Positions 35,436 to 47,448 of a stretch of DNA of 64,000 bases are shown piece by piece. A program made the position numbers and the translations under genes. Source of the DNA: Selaginella moellendorffii (Eukaryota; Plantae; Lycopodiophyta); assembly GCF_000143415.4 (NCBI RefSeq), contig NW_003314340.1:1-64000 (forward strand), given 5' to 3'. The number at the start of each line of letters is the position of its first letter. Within the stretch, counting starts at the first letter, position 1. The notes under the pieces are model-generated. The model was given only the letters and a program-made list of their open reading frames with translations. It had not been told where the DNA came from and did not search any database.

Positions 35436-37320
35436 TCCAAGTCAGACCATCTATGAGCTATAACTTATTCCCCCATAAGAACGGCTATGAGCATGTGAGC
35501 CTCGCAAGCACAGCTGAGCAATTGGCTGTGGCACAATACGAGTTTGAGGCCATGAAGAGTCATCAGGTAAAGCATCTTGGACAACTGTGTGGTTAGGAAC
35601 ACTAAATATAGGAGATTGGATTCATTTTATTTGTCCTTCACATCCTTTTTATCCCTTCCTTGAAGGAAAAAAAGTTCTAAAACACTGACTCTATTTATAT
35701 TTGTTACATTTGTCCTCACTTTGCCATTTATGTTTGGCCTCACTCCACTATTACATCCATTCAATTTCATTATCTACTCATCCTCACTCCATTGTTAGAG
35801 CTAAATTCCTGTTTGTCCCTTCTACCCTTTCCTCCAAAGAAAAAAAGTTTGAAATATTAGGGTAAAAAAGAGAAAGCAAAAAAAAGGGGAATAAACATTG
35901 TGGAAAAAGAAAAAGTGAACAAAACATTGAAAAAGGAATTTTTAGCAATAGTTAAGGTAAAAATTGAGAGAAAAGAAGGAAATGTTCAAAGCCTAGAGAA
36001 TAAAGGATTTGCTATGATAAAATACTTTATCTAGCATGAGATAAGTAAATTATATTGTTCAACCTTCTCAACACATAATTTAACACTTTGAGATAGAAAA
36101 ATCAATACAAAAATCCACACTCTCAAGGAGTACATAAACCTTTTAGCAATAATAATAAAACAAAAGCTCTTAACATCGCTCACAACTAAGGATACACACT
36201 TAACTTGAAATTCTGGCTAAAGTGATTCAACCTTTGGAATAGGAGAATATTTAATATTAGAATTGATTAAAGACTCCGCCAAAGAAACAAAAGCAAGATT
36301 CTCAACTTCATATACATGTTCAATATTTAGATTAGTATGAGAATTATAGAAAACACTCAACTCAATACTGGATTGGAAATGAAAATCATAAAAGTCAAAA
36401 GTGATTGATGTGCCAAAAAATATTATAGACAAGGAAGGAACACTAGGAACATAAAAAAGTAGCTTAGGCTGAGAAATCAAAAAAAGTTAAGAAAGAGTAA
36501 AAAGTAAAAAGAAATGATTAAATGGCAAATTAAAGGATTGATATCTATCTTGTGAAATCTCCAACTCATTTTCAAAGCTATCTTTAAAGTTGTCTTTGTA
36601 ATAATCAAATTCTTTATCACAATTTAAAATCCATTCGAGCTCGTAAACATTGTCTTCCCATAAACTCGATCTTCAAATATTCTTTGAGAACTAGATTGCA
36701 TCATCTATAACTCACTAATCAATGTCACAATCATATTTCACATTAACAGGAGATGGCAAAATGTCAAAAATAAAACAAGCTATATAATCACATTCTATAG
36801 AAGTTGAAGACCATAACACATCAAGGATGGGTGTAACATCAATATGATCACACCCCATAACATGAAAAACTCAATCCAATAGAGTAATATCAACAACCTA
36901 CTCCTTGATCAATGACAACATAAGATGTTAAAAAAAGAGAATGCAATGAAGATAAGAAGAAAAAACAAATTTAAGCATAAGGACAATTAAAATTCTAGAT
37001 CTTGACTTTATGGCCAACATAAGTCAAAGGGAAGTGACTTTGTGGTCAATATGGGTCAAAGGGAAATTCAAAAGTATATTTATGGTAAAGGCTAGCCTAT
37101 CACAGTGAAGTAGTAGTGTAATGGAGTTTTTGAGGTAGATTGGGGGTGGTTAGGTGGTGAAGAACCTTAAGAGGAGGTGTTGTGTAGTCTAGGGAGATTA
37201 AACCTCTTATAAAATTAGATCTAAAAGAGAATGAAAAAATAAGAACAAAAAATATAATCTCAAACATTAGAGTAAAGCATTGCAAAAAACTTTATCCTTC
37301 AAGGACAAATTACAGTGCCT

Positions 37321-37902
37321 TGTAAACTCTTGAGTTTAGATTTCCCGGGAAGTCACCTAACTCAATACTATTCAAACCCAAGGACGCTTAATCCCAAATA
37401 TCCCAAGACCATTAATCGATTGGAAAAGGGGGTGCATTCTTATTCATAGGTCCTTTCTCTCTATATTTGAACTTATGGATCGTCTCTTGAGTTGTTCTTT
37501 TTGGTTGCTTACAATCCACCATGCTCCCTGCAAATTCACACCTTCGTGAAAAAAAGCTGAGAGCCACAACTTTCCCGAGAGCCCTGCTTTCTTGACACCT
37601 TACCCCTTGGGTCGAGCCCAACGGGAGCAAACTAGACCAGCCAAATATCAATTAACATGTGGTGTAATTCCCTTAATCCAACCAACAAAATCAAACTTTA
37701 AACCACTTTGATACCAAATATAAACTTCTAAGTTTGGACTTCCCAACCCAGTATTATTCAAACCTAAGGACACTTAACCCCAAATATCCCAAGACCCTTA
37801 ACCGATTGGAAAAAAAGGGTGCACTCTTATTCATGGGCTCTTTCCCTTTATATTTGAATCCTTATGTATCGTCTTTTGAGTTGTTCCCTTTGGTTGCTTA
37901 CA
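37321..37902 (-). mobile_element. TRIM (terminal-repeat retrotransposon in miniature), about 580 bp
   Basis: Direct repeats 37321-37513 and 37719-37902 (TGTAA/TATAA...TTACA); tRNA-iMet-type PBS TGGTATCAAAG on minus (within 37703-37716); purine-rich GGGAGCATGGTGGAT before the other LTR; TSD TGCCT/TGCTT; non-coding 205-bp interior. Confidence 0.82.
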
Positions 37903-38126
37903 TGCTTCTTATCTCCATCAATGTGAACGCTCGGGATATAGGAATAAGTATATTAATTAAGGTTTATACTTTTATTTATATATAAGAATGGATAGACTAA
38001 ATTTAGTTTTAAATGGATAGTTCATATGTTATAATACTATAATTAGTGTATTACTAGCCAGGATATACAAATATTTAATAAAGCATTTTTTTTTTAATTG
38101 TGAGTTTTAACTTAACAAAAAATACT

Positions 38127-38480
38127 TTGTGGTATGTGGAAAAGCCTTGGTGCTTCTCAGTGGTTGTTCCGGAGCTACATAAACATATGTTCTATAGAGC
38201 TGAACATGCTAAAATGTTTTCAGATCTTGACAAGAATGCAATGACTGGATCTTTGCACAAGGTTGAGCTTGGATCTTCATCTGCCATGCACTAAATTGTT
38301 GCAGCAATGTCTTCATAACCCACAACATGACATGAGCTTTGAGTGAATCTATATCAGTGACATTGTAACTCTTGAGGTAAGCATTGTGCTCAACAATGTT
38401 CCCCAAGATCTTTTCCCGAACAACTGTTGCATCCCCACACATATCCTTAAACTCATCAATCAGCACCTCCATTCTCCTTT
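38127..38480 (-). pseudogene. Inverted, truncated GH3 paralog (exon 1, intron 1, start of exon 2)
   Basis: MEVLIDEFKDMC...IVEHNAYLKSYNVTDIDSLKAH, then a frameshift; exon 2 begins SSGTTTEK. Confidence 0.85.
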
Positions 38481-38825
38481 CCCTTAGCACATTAGTCTCA
38501 TGTATCAAGATGGACACCACAAACTCTCAAAAACAGCAAATAGATAGATAAAGGCAAGATCCACCAGAAGGTTCCTCTGACAGGAATGTCTGCCATGGTA
38601 GAAAACTAATAATGACATATGAGAAGCTTTGATTTGGTGGGTGCGACACTCAGCACAACTTTGCAAGTGAGGTGGAGACCACGAAAGACGGTCGAATGGC
38701 AGAGGCGATCTAAGAATATTCCTTACTCCATTCTCCTGCAATTAAGGTACTCATCATGCCTACATGGTAACTTTCCCTCTCTGATCTGGTTCCAGGAGCG
38801 AAACTTCGAAGATCGCTTTGTGAGA

Positions 38826-40715
38826 ATGGAGGCGTTGGTCAATGAGTTTGAGGATATGTGTAGGAATGCAGCACTTGTTCAGGAAGAGATCTTGGGGGCC
38901 ATTGTGGAGCACAATGCTTCTTGTGAGTACCTCAGGAGCTACAATGTGACTGATACAGATTCATTCAAAGCCCACATCCCCATTGTGGACTACGAAGACA
39001 TTGCTGCAAGGATTCAACGTATGGCAGATGGAGGTCCAGGCTCTGTCCTGTGCAAAGATCCCGTCATTGTATTCATCTTGAGGTCTGAAAGCCTTTTCAG
39101 CATGTTTGATTGCTTAGCTCCATACAACATATGTTTTATGTAGCTCGGCAACAACAACTGATAAGCGCAAGGCTTTTCCACTTACCACAAAGTCCCGCAG
39201 CCTGAAAAACCATGCAGACAAGATTTCAGCGGGTTATAGAGAAAGGTATATCATGCTAAGCCAACAAAACCTCATAAACTCTTGTGTGTTTGAGCAGAGA
39301 TTTTCCAGTCGGTTCCTTTCCAACAGCTTTGGCTTTCATGTATGCTCAACCTCATGGGACACTCTCCAAATCAGGCCTCCCAATCATGCCTGGTTCTAGC
39401 TTCTATTTCACAAGCCAGGTTTACAAAGAGAGGCCAAGCAGGAGCACAAGTACAGACGAGGTTATCTTTGGTCCTTGGTGGGAGTCAACGTACTGTCACT
39501 TGCTCTCTGGACTCATTTTACGCACGGAAGTGGATTATATTACTTCCTTCTTTGCTTATACTCTTGTCCACGCGTTCAACATGCTGGAGGCTGAATGGAG
39601 GAACCTCTGTTACGACATAAGAACTGGAAAACTGGACGAAAGAGTCAAAGACGTTAAATTGAGAGCAGCTGTTGTAGGGGTGCTGCGCGAAGATCCAGAC
39701 TCAGCTGGCTCAATAGAGGAGGTCTGCAGCAGCAACGTGTCATGGGATCAAGGGATAGTTCTAAAGCTTTGGCCCAAAGCTAAGTACTTATTGACTGTGG
39801 TAACAGGTGATCTAGTTTTTTATTTCTCTATATATGTAATGTGTGGTTTTGCAGGTGGTATGAAACCTTACATTCCTGCTCTAAGGAGGTATGCAGGAGG
39901 TGTACATATTATGGGAAGGGCGTACATAGGTTCAGAAGGAGTCTATGGAATAAACATAGATCCCGCTACTGAACCAGAGAATGTTGTCTTCACACTTGTC
40001 CCTACAACATTATACATGGAGTTTCTTCGGCTCAGGGACAACAAGCTGGTGGACTCAAGTAACTTAGAAATCAGTGAGCAGTACGAACTGGTTATTACCA
40101 CACATTCAGGTGAGCAGTCCTGCCTTGTTTCATTTCGCACCATGCAATCAACACTTTGCAGGTTTGTATCGGTACAAAGTGGGGGATGTGGTCAAAGTCG
40201 TCGCTTTCTTTCATGAGAGTCCACAAATGGCCTTTGAATATCGTCGCAGTGCGGTGCTAAGTGTAAGCCTGGACATGACCAGTGAACAAGAGCTCCAGAA
40301 CGTGGTAAGAAGAACATGCATCGAGGCGAACCTGGAAATTGTGGATTTCACAAGTCACTCAAACCTGTCAGAGCAGCCTGGCCACTATGTCATTTACTGG
40401 GAGCTGAAAAACGAGCCAAACATTTACTCCAATCATGCGCTTCTAAATAGGTGTTGTAACGTTCTGGATCGGTCATTTACTTCTATTTTATACATCACGG
40501 GGAGAAGAACTGGTACAATCGGACCCCTGAAGCTTGTGACCGTGAAAAAAGGTTGTTTTGGAAGACTTCTGGAGCATGCAGTTAGAAATGGCTCTGCAGC
40601 TGGACAGTACAAGACTCCAAGGTGCATCAAGAGCCCAAAAGTGCTAGAGATTTTGGAAGGGGAAATTGTCACCACTTATAGAAGCTCGGAATACCTTCCT
40701 AAAGATCATATCTGA
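38826..40715 (+). CDS. GH3: GH3 acyl-acid amido synthetase family protein (5 exons; start could lie further upstream)
   Basis: FKAHIPIVDYED, P-loop region SSATTTDKRK, LWPKAKY, YIGSEG, GLYRYKVGD, PGHYVIYWE, IGPL and QYKTPRC; splice phases are consistent. Confidence 0.9.
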
Positions 40716-40779
40716 AATAACAATTCTCTGAGCCAATTGGCTAAAGGGGTGATCACTTTATCTTATTATCCTGACTTAA

Positions 40780-41060
40780 TGCTTAATAATTGGGAATGAA
40801 ATGATGATCTGTGATCATTGTCATTCATTGTAATGTTGATGGTTGAAATGGAAACCCAAACCAGGGTGGTCACTTTGGTCATTATGTTTATTAAACCTTG
40901 GTAAATATTCCTTCAAAATATTTTTACCCCATCATCCACAAGAATTGAACTAGGCTCAAATACCAATGTTAAGATTTTATCCTTTACACCCTAAACCAAC
41001 TAGCTAAAAGGATTGCCTTATCCTATTATCCTAACCTGCTGTCTAATCTTCCATCAATTC
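40780..41060 (-). mobile_element. Possible LTR-retrotransposon 5' remnant (LTR end plus Met-type PBS)
   Basis: On minus, ...aaCA followed by TTGGTATTTGAGCC (about 40952-40968) resembles TGGTATCAGAGC; otherwise degenerate. Confidence 0.3.
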
Positions 41061-41099
41061 TAATCCTTGGTAGAGAGAGATGCCATTGTAAACCAGGAT

Positions 41100-42000
41100 T
41101 TAGTCCAGGATGTGTTTGATACGATCGATCTTGCGAAGCAAGCTGTGGAAGTCCAGTGCCCGAGAGTAGTCTCAGTGTACTGATATACTTGTGATGGTCA
41201 CTTGAGATATGTTGATCCTGGAGAGTATCACCTGGCAGGCCATCCCGTGTGTCTCATCGAACACGATATTGACAATGCTGGTGCAGGGTGAGAGGCTGGA
41301 AGAAGTGAGGGCTCTCTTTGATGACATGGATTTGGTGGTAAAGGATTCAGAATGTGATTTTTACCATCTATGTAGGAGATTGTTGTGTTGCTTCCTTACA
41401 CTTAGGTATATCTTCTGCTTATCTCATTGCAAGAAAGTGAACTGAGGAACTGGAGGCTAATCACCATGCTTACAAGGTCTACCCCTCTCAGCTTGCAAAA
41501 TCTGGCACCAATGCCAAAGCAATGACTCTCAAGCTCCAACTAGAAGCCATGGATGGAAGGGCAGAGAAAAAACCATGGTTTTGCAAAGAGAATCTCTTCT
41601 CGCATTTATTTCTTGAAGGTCTGTTTGACGGCATGCCCGCGATGCTTGTTACTGTTGCCACTCTTGGGCATCTTCATGAAGCAGCGGATCTTTACCGCGA
41701 TGCGACACAAGAACGCTTCATCGTGGAGCCTACTCATCTTCGAGAACGATGAGTATTGCCGCTGTGGAACACGCGCGCGGAGCTCTCAAGACCGCGGATA
41801 TGTTTAGTGAGATGGCGGTGGATATGGATGGTTTTTCTCCATGGGAATGGACTACGGCGTGAGAAGGAGCAAGCAGTGTGGGGCGAGCGGATGAAGGCCA
41901 TCTTCTCACAAACATGCCGTTCAAGCTACAGCTAGAGAAGAGTTATAGCCTGGACTCCATGATGAACTTGGCGGCGAGTAGAGTGTCTGCCATGGAGTCG
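41100..42000 (+). pseudogene. Heavily deleted duplicate of the PPR at 60204-62213
   Basis: Segments match, e.g. NTILTMLVQGERLEEVRALFDDMD versus NTILTALVQGESMDEARAIFDGMD, and KSYSLDSMMNLAASRV versus KSYSPDSTMNLAASRV. Confidence 0.8.
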
Positions 42001-42284
42001 GAAAATGCTGCTCCGAAATCTACCATTGATTCAGTTTACTGTAGCATTGTTGCGACAGTTCGTCTTCCAGCCGTCTTGCCAAGTCTCATCGTCTGCTGAT
42101 ATTCAACCTCGTGAGGTGTCATGTAGCATGACATTTGTGATGTCGCAGCACTTTGCTGCTCGCATTCGAGAATCTTTCTTGTTGAATACATCAAATCCCA
42201 CGTTTTTCGTGTGAACTCAGAAGTGAGAACTTCGATTTATTCGTTTCCTGTAGATATGTACAAAATTGCGAGCTCCCATCTCGA

Positions 42285-42907
42285 TCAACGGTGGCGGGTG
42301 TGAAACCTTTGCAAGTGTGCGTTCTCGAGCTTGTTGAAAAGCGATCGATTCGAATGAAACGAATGCTCTGGACTGAACATGCTGAAAAAGGTAGCTCGCA
42401 GATCCTCAAAGCTCGCGTTTTCCTCCTGCAACTCGATCTTAAAAAAAGAAAAGAAAAGGCAACTAGAAACGCACCTCGTGAACCTGCTGTTGCATCATCG
42501 TCCGCAATTCACCCAAGAAATCCTTCATTCCCTGCAAAGAAAGAAACGTTAAATAGAAGAAAAAAAATCTTTAACTCACATAGGTGGGGTTTTGGTGAAA
42601 TCCTTGAAACTGGCTTTGTTGATCATACAATAACCTCTTTTTCCAGTCCGATAACACCACATAGGCGTTATGGATCTCCTGGAACTTTAACTTTGCCGCC
42701 TCTGGATCCCTTCCGAGGTACTTATCCGGGTGCCAAATCTGTCAATCAGTGTCTAGAATCACTCCAATCACTCCGAAAAATCAAGAAGGATCAACAAGAA
42801 CTTACCCTCGCAAGCCTTCGGTACGCACTGCGAATCTCTCTCGGCGACGCTCCCCGGTAGAGCCCAAGAACAGCGTAGAGATCGCCGCTCGGCCTATCGC
42901 CCCCCAT
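42285..42907 (-). CDS. Small plant J-domain (DnaJ type III) co-chaperone, 4 exons
   Basis: DLYAVLGL...[17 protein letters not shown] (HPD)...[20 protein letters not shown], then [13 protein letters not shown] and [13 protein letters not shown]. Confidence 0.88.
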
Positions 42908-43111
42908 TTGCTTGCGATCGGGCGCCAGCGCCCTCGAGCGCCAGGAAAATCCTCGCGGAGAAGAACAAGACAACACACCACCGCCACCATCGCTCCGCTT
43001 AGCCTAATATAATTCTATCTCTTCGGGACACGTCACCGGGAAATGGAATCTAGAAGGTTCTGGATCCTGTTTGAAGAAAGAATATTCCAAAGAGTATGAA
43101 AAATTGGCGCG

Positions 43112-46100
43112 CTATGAAGATACGCGCCGTTGTCTTAATCTCCACAGCATGAAGACGCACATTCCAGCCCCCGCTGCCGCTATTACAAGCTGAAAAGATT
43201 CGCTTAGTATTCGTGGAGAGGCTGGTTTTCAGGGAAAAATCTTACCTTGCGTGAGACTGTGGTAGTGTTGAGTAAACCGGCGATGGCTTTCATCCGGGAA
43301 GGTCTCGGAACCAAAGCCACTGCCGTGTGACGCTGAGCGCATGGAACTGGCAAAATTCTACACAGGGCCTTCTGCATTGCGACTTCGTCGAGAGAGGACC
43401 TTACTGAGTCCCTCCATTGGTCTTGTGCCTGTGAAAGGAAAATGAGAAAACGATGCTCAAAAGCAAATCTCTTTTTTCGTTCTTCTCAAACCTGGAACGA
43501 GGTGTTCAAGTCGCCAACGTAGAGCCTTGATTGATACGCTCGCGACAATCGGTCTAGCCAATATATGTTCTCCTGTTTATCAAAAAAAAAAAAAAAAAAG
43601 AGGCATTGCTCGGTCAGCTCCAGAGAAAGATCACTCGTGATGGTTTGCACCTGTTGCCCATTCTCGTGAGCTCTCTGCTCAATCTCCAAGACCGTCAAAA
43701 CTTCCTGTTTGGTGGGTCCTTCTAGTTGCAACCTTGCAACCTCTTCAAGAGAGAATTCGACCTAACAACAGAATGTTTATGTGCCAAAACATTCTGATTG
43801 AAGAGAAACTACTTACAAGTTTCCAGGCGCTATCGGGATCACAGGAGAAGCTGATCGCAATGTCACCACATACATCGCTTGACCTTGATGGCTTACTTCC
43901 GCCCAGAAAAGCCGAAACGGATGCAGTATATATCTGGTTACATCCCAACGTAAACAGAAGAGAAGGAAAAACAGAAGCTACGAACCTGCCCATGCTTGAA
44001 CCTTAAAACTTGCATCATTTTCGTCTCCAGCAACTTGCTTATGAAACTTGTAAAGTGTACCTCTTCCATCTGGAAGGAAAGAGTAAGTTCCATCCTCAGA
44101 ATAGCCTCAGAAATTACTCACCATATTGGAAGCTTTAAGCTCCACTGGAAATGTTATCTGTACGGAGCCTTGTGCTTCAACCATGCTGCGACGAACTTCC
44201 TCCCTGCACCACAGCAAGCTTGTCTCGTTGCAAAATGTAATTTATGAACCTTATGATTCCAGCAGGAAAAGTAAATGGCAGGCCTTGCAAATCGTCTCGA
44301 TTGTACTTCATAACAGGCTCAGAAGGACTCGGGATACCACCCTACAAAAATAAGCATAAAAAATGGTGCTCATAATGAACTACGTACCAGATACTGTAGA
44401 ATCAGCGGCACGACTTTCTCTGGAATAATCTTGCCAACAATCGCAATAGTAAAAGCAGAAGGATCTTTAAAACAAGAATCAAAGAAAGCGCACGCCCTCA
44501 GAGGATCAACTTTGCGAAGATCTTTTACAGTAATGGGCTGCATTGCAAGGAAATGTCCGTATTTGGAAGACGATGAGTAAACGCATGCATACCTTGAAGT
44601 AATAAGAGTTGCCATAATTGATTTCACGAACTCGGTTAACATACGCGGTAAATGGATCTCTTTCCTGAGCCTCAATGCCTTCCTTCGTCATTTGCATAAC
44701 TAGCTTTACTTCATCGTTCCCAGGATGGACACTGGTAACGAAAAGTTGATAGATCAGCTGCACATATTATAAAAAAAAACGGTAAAGTGTGGGAAGAAAA
44801 AAGAAGTATACAAAATTGATGAACCTGGAGTGCAATTTCTAGATCAGTGGGAGAACAATCCCCCGAGAAGCTACGCATGTAGGCCCCAATCTTTGTTCCC
44901 ACTTCAGCTCTTTTGCCAGCCAAGATATCCATGAGGACTGACGGCTTATGTCCAAAAACTCCAATCTCCCCAGCAATGGTAGATCCCATCGAACAGGTGA
45001 GAAAATCTTTCTCAGGCACTTGAGAGAGTCCACCATATGCAAATCCCGAAAATACTATCTGCATATATTACTGTCAGCTTCCAAGGTAAACGGACTCAAA
45101 ACTAACCTGATCATCTAAAAAGTCCGTCGGCTTGTAACAAACACGAAGCCCATTGCTCAGAACGAGTTCTGTGGCTCCAAATTCTTCATAAACAGTGGTT
45201 TCCAGAATGACCCTGTGCAAATCATAGTCAGTAATGGAATGTGTGAAGAGAGATCCAAACAGAAATAAAACAATACCCCGGCTCAGGTTTATTCTCAACA
45301 ACCTCCTCGGGAACGTCCTCTTCATTCCACGGAGGAATAGAGCCCTCGTCTTCGAGAGCTTGAACTTTCGCAATCACATTCTTTAAATCTTTAACCGTAA
45401 CACTAACGCGAGGCTCTATCGTCTTGATAATGCAGCTGAGACGAGCCTTGAGAAGGTTAGCAATGTCAGCAACTTCTGTCGCAGTGATTCCTGCATGAAC
45501 ATGAACGTACACAAACATCAGGAAAATAGAAGCATCAGTAGCAAACCTGGTAAAACAGCCTTTTGAAGACGAGCTTCGTACTCAATTCCAACGACAGGTT
45601 CATTATGGAGGAAGTGCTGGAGAAACGGAAAAACAAAGGTCAAATATGGAGACGAGAGAACCACCCACCTCCATGTATTCTTCTCGGTAGGATGTTGATT
45701 GCATCTGGTCCCTTTCTAAGTATGCTGACTCCATGTCTGCTGTCAAAAACGCACGAACCATTGCAAGTTCACGTTCCGAAAATCCGTGCAGTCTTATTCT
45801 AGCGACCTGCAGACAATATACGTCAGCTAGAGAGAACATCCTCATAAGTACAACCTTACTTCAGTAAGAATGGACTCGACAGCTTCGAGCGTGCCTTTCT
45901 CCTTGCAGCTTGCAGTGATGGTGTAGGCTTTTACAGGTCGAACCAGATTGTCGTCCACTGAGGCACAGGAAAAGAAGGGAGGCTCCTGCTGCCTTGAAAG
46001 TTTAAAGAATCTCTGATTGAGAGCGCTATGAAACATTCCCTCGGCTACAGTATATCGATAGTCTGCAACTGTAACAATTTGCCTCGATGGGATTTTCCAG

Positions 46101-47307
46101 CTGACCACCACAGCTGACTGCGGACAAGTTGCGTTAGCGACGATTATGAAAGTAGAGCGTGCATACTTACTCCTCCGGCCTCTGTCTCAGCAAAGCAAGA
46201 AAATCGGGGCTCTTCGTGACTTGGAACATGATATAGAGGCAATTCATTGTATGCCCGTTTCTCAACCACGGGGTCCTTCTCTTGAAAGTGAAGCTTTATG
46301 AGTTCTACCACACTCTGCATCAACAGTACCATATGAGATCAACAAATAAAATTAAAAAACGTAGCAATTACCTCCGTATCTTCAAAGTCTCCTACGGCTA
46401 CAAAAGCCATATGTTTCGGGTGATACCATTTACGATAAAAGTTTCTGACAGTTTCCGCAGAGACATTCCGAATGATATTTTCGAGTCCAATCGGTAAACG
46501 ATCAGCGTACTGGGAAAATCACAAGTCAAAAACTGCAAAAAAATTCATAGTGATAATCGTTACCTTTGATCCTTGCATGAGGAGTAACCAATGCGCCTCT
46601 TGCATCCGTCCTAAGGCATTGCGATCGCCTCTGTACTCCTCCATGACCGCTCCCCTCTCCTTTTCCAAATCTTCTTGTGATGCACGAATCTAAACAAAAC
46701 TCAACCATACAGAAAGAAAAAAAAAAAAGCGAGAGTAGATACCCCAGCGCTAAACTCCGCGAGGACCGAGATAGCTTGTGATAGAAGCTCTGGTTTGTCA
46801 ACAGGAACCAGGAGCTCGTAGATAGTCTCGTCTGCCGACGTCATGGCATTTTGACAAGCACCAAATTCAGCACCAATGCTCTCCAGGAATTTCACAATGT
46901 CGTGGTTCGTATACTTCGTCGTGGCACTGAAAGCCAAGTGCTCGAGAATGTGAGCCACTCCACGCTCCTCCTCCTCTTCCATTACCGACCTAGACAAGCA
47001 AAGAAGCAAATAAGATTTCCCGGAGAAACGCAGAGAATGCAGGGAAGAAAGCTCCATACCCGATCCTAACTCCCAGCGCGAGCGCAGCTCTCGCCCGAGG
47101 CTTGGCATTCTGCCGAACGTAATAGCACATACCATTGTCAAGCGTGCCATAGACGACCCCGACCGGCGTCGACGGCAAAAAATCCTCCTCGCGCAGCTCC
47201 AGCGGCTTGAGCGATTTGAAGGAGAGATCGGATGGCATCGCTAGAATGTCCGCGGCGGCTGGAGCAGCAGCAGCGGCGACCTCTCCTCGCTCCATGGCGA
47301 TCGCCAT
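43112..47307 (-). CDS. PQQL: M16 (insulinase) zinc metalloprotease, PqqL-like, multi-exon, with C-terminal tail anchor
   Basis: YGTLDNGMCYY, ERGVAHILEHLAF (HxxEH), QNAMTSADETIY, LSNGLRV and PTDFLDDQ; ends LVIAAAGAGMCVFMLWRLRQRRVSS*. Confidence 0.9.
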
Positions 47308-47347
47308 TTCATCCACCAGAGAGCTCGAAAGCCCTAAAATTGGAAGC

Positions 47348-47356
47348 TTAGGGTTT
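47348..47356 (-). promoter_or_regulatory. Telo-box (AAACCCTAA) just upstream of the PqqL-like ATG
   Basis: ttagggttt on plus, about 40 nt upstream of the ATG at 47307. Confidence 0.55.
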
Positions 47357-47448
47357 TATACAGAGTTAAAAGCGTTTACATTAAAGGCGATAACAGACTT
47401 TAGCTAACTATACACATTACAGTTAGTTAGCACAGCTTTACGTAATAC

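Noticed and set aside
36217-36480. 87-aa minus-strand ORF
   Set aside because: AT-rich with a non-ATG start and no recognisable motif; probably TE debris.
42291-42860. 189-aa plus-strand ORF
   Set aside because: Antisense to the spliced J-domain gene and crosses its introns.
43112-47307. Recent bacterial HGT or contamination for the PqqL-like and YddA-like genes
   Set aside because: Both have many spliceosomal introns and known land-plant homologs.
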